Source: Candidatus Nealsonbacteria bacterium
Lineage (GTDB): Bacteria; Patescibacteriota; Minisyncoccia; Minisyncoccales; GWA2-38-27
DNA: 64,000 bases
Assembly: GCA_030616085.1 (NCBI GenBank)
Contig: JAUWYA010000001.1
Coordinates: 8,692 to 72,691, forward strand
Direction: 5' to 3'
This document shows positions 40,365-50,034 of this stretch, one piece after another; the first letter of the stretch is position 1, and each line of letters opens with the position of its first letter. A program made the position numbers and the translations under genes. Under the pieces are notes generated by a model. The model was given only the letters and a program-made list of their open reading frames with translations, did no database searches and was not told the DNA's origin.

Positions 40365-43300
40365 ATGAAAAAGAAAATAATTCTATGTATAACTGGATTA
40401 GCAATTGTTGCTATGATTGTTCCTTCTTCAGCTCAGGCTGTAACAGCTGCTGAACTGCAAGAGCAAATTAATGCCTTAATGGCTACATTAGCTGAATTGC
40501 AGTCACAATTAGCTGACCTTACAGGCGAGCCAGGAGGAGGCGTTGGAGTTTCCTGCACATTTACCAGAAGTCTTTATCCAGGAATGACTGGTACAGACGT
40601 TAAGTGTTTGCAGGAATATTTGAATGACGCTGGATATACTGTAGCTGCGAGCGGTTATGGTTCTGCTGGTAATGAGACCCAATATTATGGTTCTCTTACT
40701 AAGGCGGCTGTAGGCGCGTGGCAGGATGGTAATGGCGTTGCGTATGGAAACTATAAGGGTTATTTCGGCCCTATTTCTCAAGCTAAATACGATGCATTAG
40801 CAGCCGGAGGAGTAACTGCGGTTTGCGGTAATGGAGTTTGTGAAAGTGGTGAAACAGCCACTTCTTGTCCAGCAGATTGTGAAACTGTTACTCCAATAGC
40901 TTCTGGATTGAAAATTAGCTTAGCTTCTGATACTCCGGACTCAGCCAGTATTGCTGATGATGCTATTGCCAACTTTACCAAGTTTAAATTGACAGCTGGT
41001 TCTGAAGGAGATGTTAAAATCTCTAAGATTTATGTAACCAGAACAGGTTTGTCAGCTAATTCTGATGTGCTAAACATTAAAATTGTTGACGCTGCAACAG
41101 GAGAATATAAAGGAAGTATTGGTTCCTTGAACGTTGATAACCGAGCCATGATTTCCATTATTCCTAGTTTGGTAATTCCTGCTGGCACAACAAAGACATA
41201 CTTTATCAGAGCTGCTATTAAAAATGCTGCTACTGCTGGCAAGACAGTAAAGTTGGGTATAGCTGCAAACAGTGACATTGTTTCTGACGCTTCAGAGGTT
41301 ACTGGCGCTTCAGTAACTGGAAATGCCATGAATGTGGTTACTTTAGACATTGGAGGACTTACAGTTTCTGAAATCGGCAGCACTATTGATTCCCAGCCAT
41401 ATGTTGGGGACACAGATGTTATTGTTCTTAACTGGAAAGCACAAGCAGGCGCTACTGAACCAGTTACTATTGAAACAGTAACAGTGAAGAGAACTGGAAC
41501 TGCTGATGCTTCTGACACAGTTAACATTGAACTTTACAATGTTACTAACAGTGTAAGTTTGGGCACAGTGGCTGAATGGAGCGCTGACGACAAAGCTACC
41601 TGGTCTGATTTAGGCATTGTAATTGGAAAAGGTGAAACAAGAAGGTTTAAGATAATGATAGATGTAGTTGGCGGTGTAAGCTCAACACCTCAAACTGTTA
41701 ACGTTGACATGGTTGACGGCAGTGATTGTTTGGTAGTTGCAAAAGGCAATACTTATGGCTTTTATGTAGCTCCTACAAGCGCTATTACAGATTGGGGAGG
41801 TGGTGATGCTGCTTCACGAGGTAAAGCTGACAATGACCAGACCATTCAGGCAGGCGCTTTGAATGTTTCCAAGTCATCATCTACTCCAGCTACTGGTAGT
41901 ATTGCTGCAGGAGATGACATTGTATTGGGCGTATTTGATTTAGAAGCCAAAGGTGAAGATATTAGGATTACAGCTTTTGGTATTGACTTTACTCTTACTA
42001 GCGGCGGACCAATGACTTATGATGAAATAACTAATGTGGCGTTAGTTGACGAAGACGGCGACATAGTTGCAGGACCTAAAGATGCTTCACAAGGTATAGC
42101 TGACAGAGGAGGTGCTAGTGCCCATGGATATCTTGACTTTAGCGACACATTTATTGTGCCAGTTGGTATTCACTCATATACAGTAAAAGCAAAAATTGCT
42201 GATGCTGTTTCTGGTGATGATACTATAATCGCTACTGTTGACAGACCGGGAACAAGCATTACTGCTGTTGGAATGACTAGCAATGACGACATTACTCCTA
42301 CTCCAGCTGGTGATGTATCTGGTAATACTTTAACAGTAGCTGGCGCTGCCTTAAATGTTGTGACTTTGGCTGAGCCTTCTGGTAGAACCGTGGCTGTGGG
42401 AGCTAATGACTTTGTTTGGGCAACATTCAGCTTAGACGCTGGGACTTCTGGCGAGGATATTAATGTTACTGCTATAACTGTAACTGACACTACAAGTAGT
42501 GCTACAACAGCTGGCCACATTAATAATGCTGCGCTTTGGGCTGACTTAACCAGTGAAAACAGCGACCGGGGAGATGTGTATGAAACCAGAATTACTGATC
42601 TTGAGCAGCCTCCTTCAAGCACAACTATACAGGCATATGTCTTTAATCAGACAATTACTGTTCAAGCAGGTTACTTTATTAAGATTGCCTTAGTTGCTGA
42701 TTTGGATGCTGGAGCAACAGCAGTCACTCACGTCTTTACTATTGCTGATGATGTTACTCACATTACAAGCATTGGCGCTGACACAGGAAGTTCATTTGAT
42801 GAAGGCATTACTGCTGTTGGTCAAACAATGACTGTAAGTACTGTTGGCGGCGTTGTAACTGTTACACAAGACGCTTCCAAACCAGACCCCGACATTATAA
42901 TTGGCGGCGAAATAGCTACTTTGAATGTATTCAGATTAGCTGCTACCAATGTTGAGGACTTAGACCTTAATGATATGACCCTTTATGTTACTGGCGGCGA
43001 TGATGTTGACACTTTCTACTTTTATCACGGAGATACATTAATAGGTCAGAGACCAGGAGGCACTGGACCAAGATTTGATCTTGCTGACGGCACAGTAACT
43101 GTTCCGGCTAATGGCAATGTTAAGATTACGGTTAAGGCAAAGATGCTTCCTGTTGATGATACAGGAACTGCTGCTGGAGAGGTAGACAATAACACAGACG
43201 TAGGAGTTGCTATTAACGCTGCTGCTACTGTTAATCTTACTGGTTTGTCTTCAGGTGCTGCAGTAGCTTCAAGTGAACCTAGTGTAGCAGGCGTTGTCCA

Positions 43301-43838
43301 TCAGTTGTACGAATCCAGGCCTTACTTTGCGCTTAATTCAGGTTCACCTTCTGGAACTATTGTTGCTCCAAGCTCTGTTTTTCTGTTGGCTATATTTGAT
43401 GTAACAGCAGAAGACACAGAAGATATTACCTTTGAAGGCACTGGAGACCAATTAATTGTTCAGATTGAAGCCAGTGTATACGACAGCAACAACGTAGCTG
43501 GCATTTGGTATCTTAAAGATGAGTCCGGCACCTTGCTTGCGTCTGAATCAGTGGCAGATACTAGTTTGGTCAGCGCGAGCAGTGTTACTTTCACCTTTGA
43601 TGAGAGCACCTTTACTGTTCCTGCTGGTCTAACCGAGAAACTCTATGTTTACGGCGACCTTTCTGACTTTGAAGACGAAGGCACTAGCGGCAACAACTCT
43701 ATTCAGGTTTGGTTAGATGATGATTCTGTTGACAATTGTCAATTTGGAATTGATGGTGAGAGTTATGGATCAACAGGTTATGCAGAAGGTATAATAATCT
43801 TCCGCGGTGAAATCTGGGGTGGCACGTTCAACAATTAG
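40365..43838 (+). CDS. Large surface protein with peptidoglycan-binding-like domain (S-layer-like)
   Basis: Signal peptide; FTRSL..G.TG.DVKCLQ.YLN...YG.LT.AAV..WQ...GYFGP; Cys module; T/V/D/G-rich beta repeats. Confidence 0.8.
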   Translation: MKKKIILCITGLAIVAMIVPSSAQAVTAAELQEQINALMATLAELQSQLADLTGEPGGGVGVSCTFTRSLYPGMTGTDVKCLQEYLNDAGYTVAASGYGSAGNETQYYGSLTKAAVGAWQDGNGVAYGNYKGYFGPISQAKYDALAAGGVTAVCGNGVCESGETATSCPADCETVTPIASGLKISLASDTPDSASIADDAIANFTKFKLTAGSEGDVKISKIYVTRTGLSANSDVLNIKIVDAATGEYKGSIGSLNVDNRAMISIIPSLVIPAGTTKTYFIRAAIKNAATAGKTVKLGIAANSDIVSDASEVTGASVTGNAMNVVTLDIGGLTVSEIGSTIDSQPYVGDTDVIVLNWKAQAGATEPVTIETVTVKRTGTADASDTVNIELYNVTNSVSLGTVAEWSADDKATWSDLGIVIGKGETRRFKIMIDVVGGVSSTPQTVNVDMVDGSDCLVVAKGNTYGFYVAPTSAITDWGGGDAASRGKADNDQTIQAGALNVSKSSSTPATGSIAAGDDIVLGVFDLEAKGEDIRITAFGIDFTLTSGGPMTYDEITNVALVDEDGDIVAGPKDASQGIADRGGASAHGYLDFSDTFIVPVGIHSYTVKAKIADAVSGDDTIIATVDRPGTSITAVGMTSNDDITPTPAGDVSGNTLTVAGAALNVVTLAEPSGRTVAVGANDFVWATFSLDAGTSGEDINVTAITVTDTTSSATTAGHINNAALWADLTSENSDRGDVYETRITDLEQPPSSTTIQAYVFNQTITVQAGYFIKIALVADLDAGATAVTHVFTIADDVTHITSIGADTGSSFDEGITAVGQTMTVSTVGGVVTVTQDASKPDPDIIIGGEIATLNVFRLAATNVEDLDLNDMTLYVTGGDDVDTFYFYHGDTLIGQRPGGTGPRFDLADGTVTVPANGNVKITVKAKMLPVDDTGTAAGEVDNNTDVGVAINAAATVNLTGLSSGAAVASSEPSVAGVVHQLYESRPYFALNSGSPSGTIVAPSSVFLLAIFDVTAEDTEDITFEGTGDQLIVQIEASVYDSNNVAGIWYLKDESGTLLASESVADTSLVSASSVTFTFDESTFTVPAGLTEKLYVYGDLSDFEDEGTSGNNSIQVWLDDDSVDNCQFGIDGESYGSTGYAEGIIIFRGEIWGGTFNN

Positions 43839-43877
43839 AACTGTTTGTATTTGCTAATCGGTTATCCTTGTGTAACC

Positions 43878-43911
43878 AAACAAAAAACCGCCAGTTGGCG
43901 GTTTTTTGTTT
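43878..43911. terminator. Bidirectional intrinsic terminator
   Basis: AAACAAAAAACCGCCA/TGGCGGTTTTTTGTTT between convergent genes. Confidence 0.85.
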
Positions 43912-43922
43912 TAAGGTTTTTT

Positions 43923-46274
43923 TTAAGGCAAAGTTTTAAGAAAGTCCTCTATATTTTGACGTGATTCGGGTGATAATTCCAAAACAATCATTGCTTGTTC
44001 CCTGGCTTTGTCATATTCTCCCAATTCTCTATAAATGTATGCTAAAGAAGCATGATATTGGAAATTCTCTGGGTTTACATGTATTATTAATCTTTCATAA
44101 ACATCAGCTAATCTTTGATAACATTCTATCTTGTCTTTAATATCTTCAATTGTTTCAAGCGCTTTTATATAAGCTTGCTGCAATTGAACAAGAGATTTGC
44201 CTGAGTTAATATTGTATTTCATTTTAATTGATATAGCTATATTTTCATCAGCTTGTTCAAGTTCGCCTAAATAAATATGAGCCAGAGCTTTTTTCCACCA
44301 ACAATGGGTTAGTTTCGGATTTAAATTAATACATTGTTCTGCTTTGAGCTTAACTCCTTGATAGTTTCCAGAAAGAAAGTCATTTTCTATCCAGCCAAGA
44401 AAGACTTCTTCGCGTTTAGGGTTTAATTCATAAGCTTTTTGATAGCAAGCATCAGCTTCTTTTATTAATTCTTCAACATTTTCTATTTTGAAAGCTTCTT
44501 TGTTTTCAATCAAAACATTTAAATAGTTTCCAAGAGAAATCCAGGTTCTGGTATGATAGGGTCTCATTTCTTTTACTTCTCTTAAGATTTCAACTGCTTT
44601 TGGCGCTAAGACATATTTTCTCTCTATATTTTCTCTAAGGCAATTTCTAATAACATTAATATACTGTAATCTTACATAAGCATCTATATTGCTGCGCAGA
44701 GACAAAACATTATCTATTCTTTCTAAAGCTTTTTCGCATTGGTTATTTTCTGAATAATGATTAGCCCAATTTATTTCCTTATTAACGCTTAATGGTTTTA
44801 AACCAGCAAACCAAATAAACAAAATTAATACGCAAAACAAACCAAGCATAATCCCATATTTCCATAATCTAGAGCTATCCGAGACCCGGTCTTTGCAAGT
44901 TAACAGAGACCCGGTCTCTGTAAGCTCATTATTTTTTCTAATAAGAAACAAAGAATAAGCAATTATTAAAAACAAAATAAGGTAAGTAGAAAAACTATCA
45001 AAGCTGAAGAAATTAGCTGTTAAATAACCAACAAAAACAGCTTGAATCCCATGATAGATTAATTTATCATCAGGATTTTTCTTCTTAAGTTTTTGCAATT
45101 GCCAAAATAATGTAGCAAAAAGCGAAAGATAGATTATTAAAGCGGGAATACCTGCTGTAACTGCAGTTTCAAGCATAAAATTATGAGCCCTGTCCCACCA
45201 AGTCCCGCTTTCTCTATAAATATTAGGCAAAGAGGGGTCATAATATTTATCAAAAGCAATTGATATGTTTTCCGGGCCATAGCCAAGAATAGGCCTTTCT
45301 TTCAGCGATTCCAAAAGTATTCGCCAGCCAGAAAATCTTGGGTCTTCTAAAACTAAATTAATTGAAAGACGAGAGGAAACCTGTTCGACTATTTTATTTT
45401 CTTGCAAATAATCAGGAAGTTTAGGGTTAGTATTTAAATAGTAAACTCCATAAGCGCTTATGATTAATAGAATTCCGAGTAAAATTTTCACCAATAGAAA
45501 CAAGGTTTTTCTTTTTGCATGAACCAAATTTACAGAGTACAAGAAAAAAAAGTAAAAAGAGCCAACTAATAAACCAAAATAAGCTGCTCTGGTTCCAGTG
45601 ATGAGAATAACATAAAGAAACATTAAAAAAGCAGAAAAATAAAAAATTCTTTTTAAAAGATTTTTTTCTTTAATTGCAAAAACTAAGACCAAAAAAACAA
45701 GAAGGATCAAATAAACGGCCAAAAGAATAGGCGAGCCCATTGTTGCCGGAGGTCTTCCTGTGTGGGGGATAAGATATTCTTTGAAAACCTCAAAATATTG
45801 AAAGATGGCCATAATTGAGGCTAAGACGCCGATAATCAAAGTAAAATCCCAGATTTTCTGCCAATCTTTCTTTTTAATAATCAAAAAAGCTAAAATAGCA
45901 AAAATTATATAAAGAGAAAAGTTTAAAAACCCGCCTGCCCTATAAGGTGAGCCCCAGAAACTAAAATAAGGATTCAAAGAAAAAATGGTTGCTAAGAGGA
46001 AAATTCCCCAAAGAGCGAGCAAAAGCCACCAGGTCATTCGACCTGGTGCCCCGTCGGATGACGGGGCAAAAACTGAAGAAATTTTAAAGTTTATCTGAAT
46101 TTTCCCAGAAATAATCTTCCAAATAAGAAAGAAAAGCAAAATAGAAACTATAATTCTAAAAACAAGAGCTTTTCCCCATGGAGCTGGATGAAACCAAGGA
46201 GGAGCAGCAAGCAAGGGCAAAGCTAAAATCACGAAAAAGGCAATTAGAAAAAAATTATAATTTTTATTATTCAT
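43923..46274 (-). CDS. O-antigen ligase (Wzy_C) family protein with TPR C-terminus
   Basis: RPPATMG.P, TGTRAA, ERPILGYGPEN, DRAHN; TPR helices. Confidence 0.85.
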   Translation of the reverse strand: MNNKNYNFFLIAFFVILALPLLAAPPWFHPAPWGKALVFRIIVSILLFFLIWKIISGKIQINFKISSVFAPSSDGAPGRMTWWLLLALWGIFLLATIFSLNPYFSFWGSPYRAGGFLNFSLYIIFAILAFLIIKKKDWQKIWDFTLIIGVLASIMAIFQYFEVFKEYLIPHTGRPPATMGSPILLAVYLILLVFLVLVFAIKEKNLLKRIFYFSAFLMFLYVILITGTRAAYFGLLVGSFYFFFLYSVNLVHAKRKTLFLLVKILLGILLIISAYGVYYLNTNPKLPDYLQENKIVEQVSSRLSINLVLEDPRFSGWRILLESLKERPILGYGPENISIAFDKYYDPSLPNIYRESGTWWDRAHNFMLETAVTAGIPALIIYLSLFATLFWQLQKLKKKNPDDKLIYHGIQAVFVGYLTANFFSFDSFSTYLILFLIIAYSLFLIRKNNELTETGSLLTCKDRVSDSSRLWKYGIMLGLFCVLILFIWFAGLKPLSVNKEINWANHYSENNQCEKALERIDNVLSLRSNIDAYVRLQYINVIRNCLRENIERKYVLAPKAVEILREVKEMRPYHTRTWISLGNYLNVLIENKEAFKIENVEELIKEADACYQKAYELNPKREEVFLGWIENDFLSGNYQGVKLKAEQCINLNPKLTHCWWKKALAHIYLGELEQADENIAISIKMKYNINSGKSLVQLQQAYIKALETIEDIKDKIECYQRLADVYERLIIHVNPENFQYHASLAYIYRELGEYDKAREQAMIVLELSPESRQNIEDFLKTLP
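44881..44921. repeat. Family C palindrome pair in frame in the CDS
   Basis: GAGACCCGGTCTT and ACAGAGACCCGGTCTCTGT. Confidence 0.7.
46027..46068. repeat. Two abutting GC-rich hairpins in frame in the CDS
   Basis: CACCAGGTC/GACCTGGTG and TGCCCCGTC/GACGGGGCA; absent from the paralogue. Confidence 0.65.
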
Positions 46275-46294
46275 AGATCCTGTCGGGCTAAGGG

Positions 46295-49036
46295 CTAAGG
46301 AAGAGATTCTAAGAATTCATCTATTTTTTCTCGCCCATGTGTTTTTGGTATTGAATATTGCCAAGCAATGAGGGCTTTTTGTTTTGCTTGGTCATATTCT
46401 TTTATTTCGTAATGAAGATGCGCTAAATTAAAATATAAAGTTCTTAAAAAATTATTTGCTTTTTCTCGAGATTTGGTGTCCGGTGTTGAATATTGCCAAG
46501 CAATTAGACCTTGTTGTTCTGCTTGTTTGAAGTTTTGTGTTATATTATAAGCTTGAGCCAAATAAAAATGATATTGGAAATGGTCATTGTCTAAATCTAA
46601 TATTGATTTAAAGAACTCTTCCGCATCTCCTAATAAGTCCGGAAACAATCTTACTATGTTTAAGGCTCGGTCTCTAGCTTTATCATATTCTCCTATTTCT
46701 TTATAAATGTATGATAAAGAAGCATGATATTGGAAACTTTCTGGGTCTGCCCACGCTATTAATCTGTCATAAACATCAGCTAATCTTTTGTAGATTTCTA
46801 TAAAAAGTTCTTCGTTTTTATCTTCATTTTCAATTGATTCAAATAATTTCATATAAGCTCTTTGTAATTTAAAAAGATTTTTGTCTGAGTTAATATTGTG
46901 CCCCATTTTAATTGATATAGCCATATTTTCATCAGCTTGTTCAAGTTCATTCAAATAAATATGAGCCAGAGCTTTTTTCCACCAGCAGTGTGCTAATTTC
47001 GGATTTAAATTAATGCATTGTTCTGCTTTTTCTTTTGCTGTTTGGTATTTTCCAGAAATAAAGTCACTTTCTATCCAACCAAGAAAGACTTCTTCACGTT
47101 TAGGGCTTAATTCGTGAGCTCTTTGATAGCAAGCATCAGCTTCTTTTTCTAATTCTTCAACACTCTCTATTTTAAGGATGTCTTTGTTTCCAATCAAAAT
47201 ATTTAAATAGCTTCCAAGAGAAATCCATGTTCTGGTATAATTAGGCCTTAGGTCTTTTAATTCTCTTAAGATTTCAACTGCTTTTGGGGCTAAGACGTAT
47301 TTTCTTTCCATATTTTGTTCTAGGCAATCTTTAATAATATCAAGATATTGAAGCCGGACATAAGTGTCTACAATGCTATGCGAAGAAAGAATACTGTCTA
47401 TTTTTTCTACTGCTTTTTCACACTGTTTTCTTTCTGAATAATAAATAGCCCAATTTAATTCTTTATTAATCTCCAAGGGTTTTAAAGCTCCAAGCCAAAT
47501 AAACAAAACTAATACACAAAATAGTCCAAATATTAATCCAGATTTCCACAGAGGACTATCAGAGACTGGGTCTCTGTTGATTAACAGAGACCGGGTCTCT
47601 GTAAGCTCATTATTTTTTTGAATAAGAAATAAAGAATAGCCAACTAAAAGAAAGAAAATTAGATAAGTAGAAAAACTATCAAAACTGAAAAAATTAGCTG
47701 TTAAATAACCAATAAAAACAGCTTGAATTCCATGGCAGATTAAAGCATCATTAGGATTTTTTGTTTTTAGTTTTTGTAATTGCCAGAATAATGCGGCAAA
47801 AAGAGAAAGATAGATTATTAAAGCGGGAATGCCTGCTTCAATTGCAATATCAAGTATAAAATTATGGGCTCTATCCCACCAAATGCGGGATAATCCTGGA
47901 AGACGAGGGTCATAATGTTTATCAAAAGCTACTGAAAAATTTTCTGGACCCCAACCAAGAATAGGTCTTTCTTTTATTGCCTCAATACTAACTTTCCAGG
48001 CAGAGAAACGCGCTTCTTCAAAGATTAATTCAAACGAAAGCCGAGGGGCAATTGTTTTTAATGTTCTGTTATTTTCAACAAATTCAGGAAGCTGGTCTTG
48101 TGTATTCACAAAGTAAATACTGCCAACAATTAAAAATAAGGCAATGACAGTTATAATTTTTAGTAAAAGTATTTTTTTTGAGCGGTTTTTTACCCCGTTA
48201 GAGATTTGTTTATTTTGTGGTTCTTCTTTTTTTTGGTAACCTCTAACGGGGTACAAGAGAAAGAAATAAAGAAAACCAATTATTAAGCCGAGATAAACAG
48301 CTCTGGCTTTTATGATTAGAATAACAAAAATAAACAATGCGATTACTGAAAAATAAAAGAATTTTTTTAGATATTTTTTTTCTTTTACCCCGTTAGAGAT
48401 TTGTTTATCTTGTGCTTTCTCTTTATTCTCAGAATCTCTAACGGGGTTTAAACCAAAAGATAAAGCTAAAAATACTAAGAACAAAAGATACATAGCTAAG
48501 AATATTGAATTTCCAAAACTTGCTGCAGGTCTTCCTGTAGAGGAGATAAGATATTCTTTGAAAACCTCAAAATATTGAAAGATGGCCATAATTGAGGCTA
48601 AAGCACCGATAACTAAAGTAAAGCCCCAGATTTTTTGCCAATCTTTTTTTCTGATAATCAAAAAAGCCAAAATAGCAAAAATTATATAAAGAGAAAAGTT
48701 TAAAAACCCGCCTGCTCTATATGGAGATTCCCAAAAACTGTAATAAGGGTCTTTAGAAAAAATAGTTGCTAAGAGGAAAATTCCCCAGAGGGTTATCAAT
48801 AACCAGAAAGGCCAGAAAACCTTATTTTTTCTATCTAATAAATCCTTAAAATTTATCTTGATTTTTTTAGAAATAATCTTCCAAATAAGAAAGAAAAGCA
48901 AACTAGAAACTATAATTCTAAAAACAAGAGCTTTTCCCCAGGCAGCTGGATGAAACATAGGAGGAACAGCAAGCAAGGGCAAAGCTAAAATCACAAAAAA
49001 AGCAATTAGATAGATTTTATAGGACTTGTTATCCAT
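46295..49036 (-). CDS. O-antigen ligase family protein with TPRs (tandem paralogue)
   Basis: Highly similar to 43923-46274, with two ...ISNGV insertions and extra TPRs. Confidence 0.85.
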   Translation of the reverse strand: MDNKSYKIYLIAFFVILALPLLAVPPMFHPAAWGKALVFRIIVSSLLFFLIWKIISKKIKINFKDLLDRKNKVFWPFWLLITLWGIFLLATIFSKDPYYSFWESPYRAGGFLNFSLYIIFAILAFLIIRKKDWQKIWGFTLVIGALASIMAIFQYFEVFKEYLISSTGRPAASFGNSIFLAMYLLFLVFLALSFGLNPVRDSENKEKAQDKQISNGVKEKKYLKKFFYFSVIALFIFVILIIKARAVYLGLIIGFLYFFLLYPVRGYQKKEEPQNKQISNGVKNRSKKILLLKIITVIALFLIVGSIYFVNTQDQLPEFVENNRTLKTIAPRLSFELIFEEARFSAWKVSIEAIKERPILGWGPENFSVAFDKHYDPRLPGLSRIWWDRAHNFILDIAIEAGIPALIIYLSLFAALFWQLQKLKTKNPNDALICHGIQAVFIGYLTANFFSFDSFSTYLIFFLLVGYSLFLIQKNNELTETRSLLINRDPVSDSPLWKSGLIFGLFCVLVLFIWLGALKPLEINKELNWAIYYSERKQCEKAVEKIDSILSSHSIVDTYVRLQYLDIIKDCLEQNMERKYVLAPKAVEILRELKDLRPNYTRTWISLGSYLNILIGNKDILKIESVEELEKEADACYQRAHELSPKREEVFLGWIESDFISGKYQTAKEKAEQCINLNPKLAHCWWKKALAHIYLNELEQADENMAISIKMGHNINSDKNLFKLQRAYMKLFESIENEDKNEELFIEIYKRLADVYDRLIAWADPESFQYHASLSYIYKEIGEYDKARDRALNIVRLFPDLLGDAEEFFKSILDLDNDHFQYHFYLAQAYNITQNFKQAEQQGLIAWQYSTPDTKSREKANNFLRTLYFNLAHLHYEIKEYDQAKQKALIAWQYSIPKTHGREKIDEFLESLP
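47560..47602. repeat. Family C palindrome pair in frame in the CDS
   Basis: CAGAGACTGGGTCTCTG and ACAGAGACCGGGTCTCTGT. Confidence 0.7.
48193..48251. mobile_element. Family A element, 59 bp, in frame
   Basis: CCCCGTTAGAG/CTCTAACGGGG; flanks TTTA and TACA (imperfect). Confidence 0.85.
48388..48446. mobile_element. Family A element, 59 bp, in frame
   Basis: CCCCGTTAGAGATT/AATCTCTAACGGGG; TTTA on both flanks; absent from the paralogue. Confidence 0.92.
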
Positions 49037-49060
49037 ATTTTTTTATGATATATTAAATTT

Positions 49061-49825
49061 ATGAAATTGTCTAATTACAAAGCAGTTATTTTGGCTGGGG
49101 GAAAAGGGACACGTCTTTATCCAGTAACAAAAGAAATTCCCAAACCTTTGCTTCCAGTAAAAGGAAAACCGATTATTAATTATTTAGTTGATTTGTTTAG
49201 AGAGGAGGGAATGAAAGATATTGCTGTTTTAATCAATAAGGATTTTAGAGAAGATTTTGATTGGTGGAAGAAAAGGTATTACCCTTCGGATTCCTCAGGG
49301 CAAGTCCCTAATATTAAATTAGTAGAAGAAAAAGAACCATTAGGTACTTTTGGAGGTCTTTATCTTTTAAAAGATTGGCTCTTCCCTCCTTCATCGGGAC
49401 AAGCTGAAGCATTTTTTATGACTAACGGTGATGAGTTAAAAAGAATTGATTTAAAAAAAATGGCAGGATTTCACCAGAAATTAAAGACGCCAGCCACAAT
49501 AGCATTAGTAAAGGTTCCTGACCCTCAGCATTATGGAGTAGTGGTGTGTGAAAATGGCAAAGTAAAGAATTTCCTAGAAAAGCCAGACAATCCCGTATCA
49601 AACTATATTAATTCAGGTCTTTATTTATTAAAGCCAGAGATTTTGGAAGACCTGCCTCGCGGCAAGGCGGGCTATCCCGGACCTAAATTCTTAATGATAG
49701 AAAAAGATATTTTTCCAAAATTAGCTAAAGAAAATAAATTAGCAGGTTTTAAATTTCAAGGAAAATGGACAGATTGCGGCACCTGGGAACGATATGAAAA
49801 GGCGCTAAAGGGTTGGAACTCTTGA
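49061..49825 (+). CDS. Sugar-phosphate nucleotidyltransferase family protein
   Basis: ILAGGKGTRLYPVT..IPKPLLP, NGD, FLEKP, WTDCGT. Confidence 0.9.
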   Translation: MKLSNYKAVILAGGKGTRLYPVTKEIPKPLLPVKGKPIINYLVDLFREEGMKDIAVLINKDFREDFDWWKKRYYPSDSSGQVPNIKLVEEKEPLGTFGGLYLLKDWLFPPSSGQAEAFFMTNGDELKRIDLKKMAGFHQKLKTPATIALVKVPDPQHYGVVVCENGKVKNFLEKPDNPVSNYINSGLYLLKPEILEDLPRGKAGYPGPKFLMIEKDIFPKLAKENKLAGFKFQGKWTDCGTWERYEKALKGWNS

Positions 49826-49850
49826 CAATGTATTCAAATAAAGATAATAT
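49822..49850 (+). promoter_or_regulatory. Sigma70-type promoter of the riboswitch operon
   Basis: TTGACA-17-TAATAT. Confidence 0.65.
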
Positions 49851-49870
49851 ATATTAAAGCATTTTAAAAA

Positions 49871-49935
49871 TGGATGGGAAAGTTCGGTGAAAATCCGAGA
49901 CTGTGCCGCAACTGTTAAAGTCAGAATACCATCCG
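49871..49935 (+). ncRNA. Compact cobalamin riboswitch
   Basis: GGGAA-GTTCGGTGAAAATCCGA-CTGTGCCGCAACTGT-AAGTCAGA core, closed by GGATGG/CCATCC; DUF4430-like genes downstream. Confidence 0.85.
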
Positions 49936-50034
49936 CACAATATTAACTTCTTTTCTTCGAGCTAAAGAGAAAGATTAACCCGCCAAAATTTAGGCGGGAT
50001 AATCTCTTTCACTCGAAAAGAGATTTTTTAATTC

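Noticed and set aside
40509-42622. Long minus-strand ORFs inside the surface protein gene (similarly 3542-4273, 6266-6634, 37618-37992)
   Set aside because: Fully antisense to well-supported genes; explained by codon bias.
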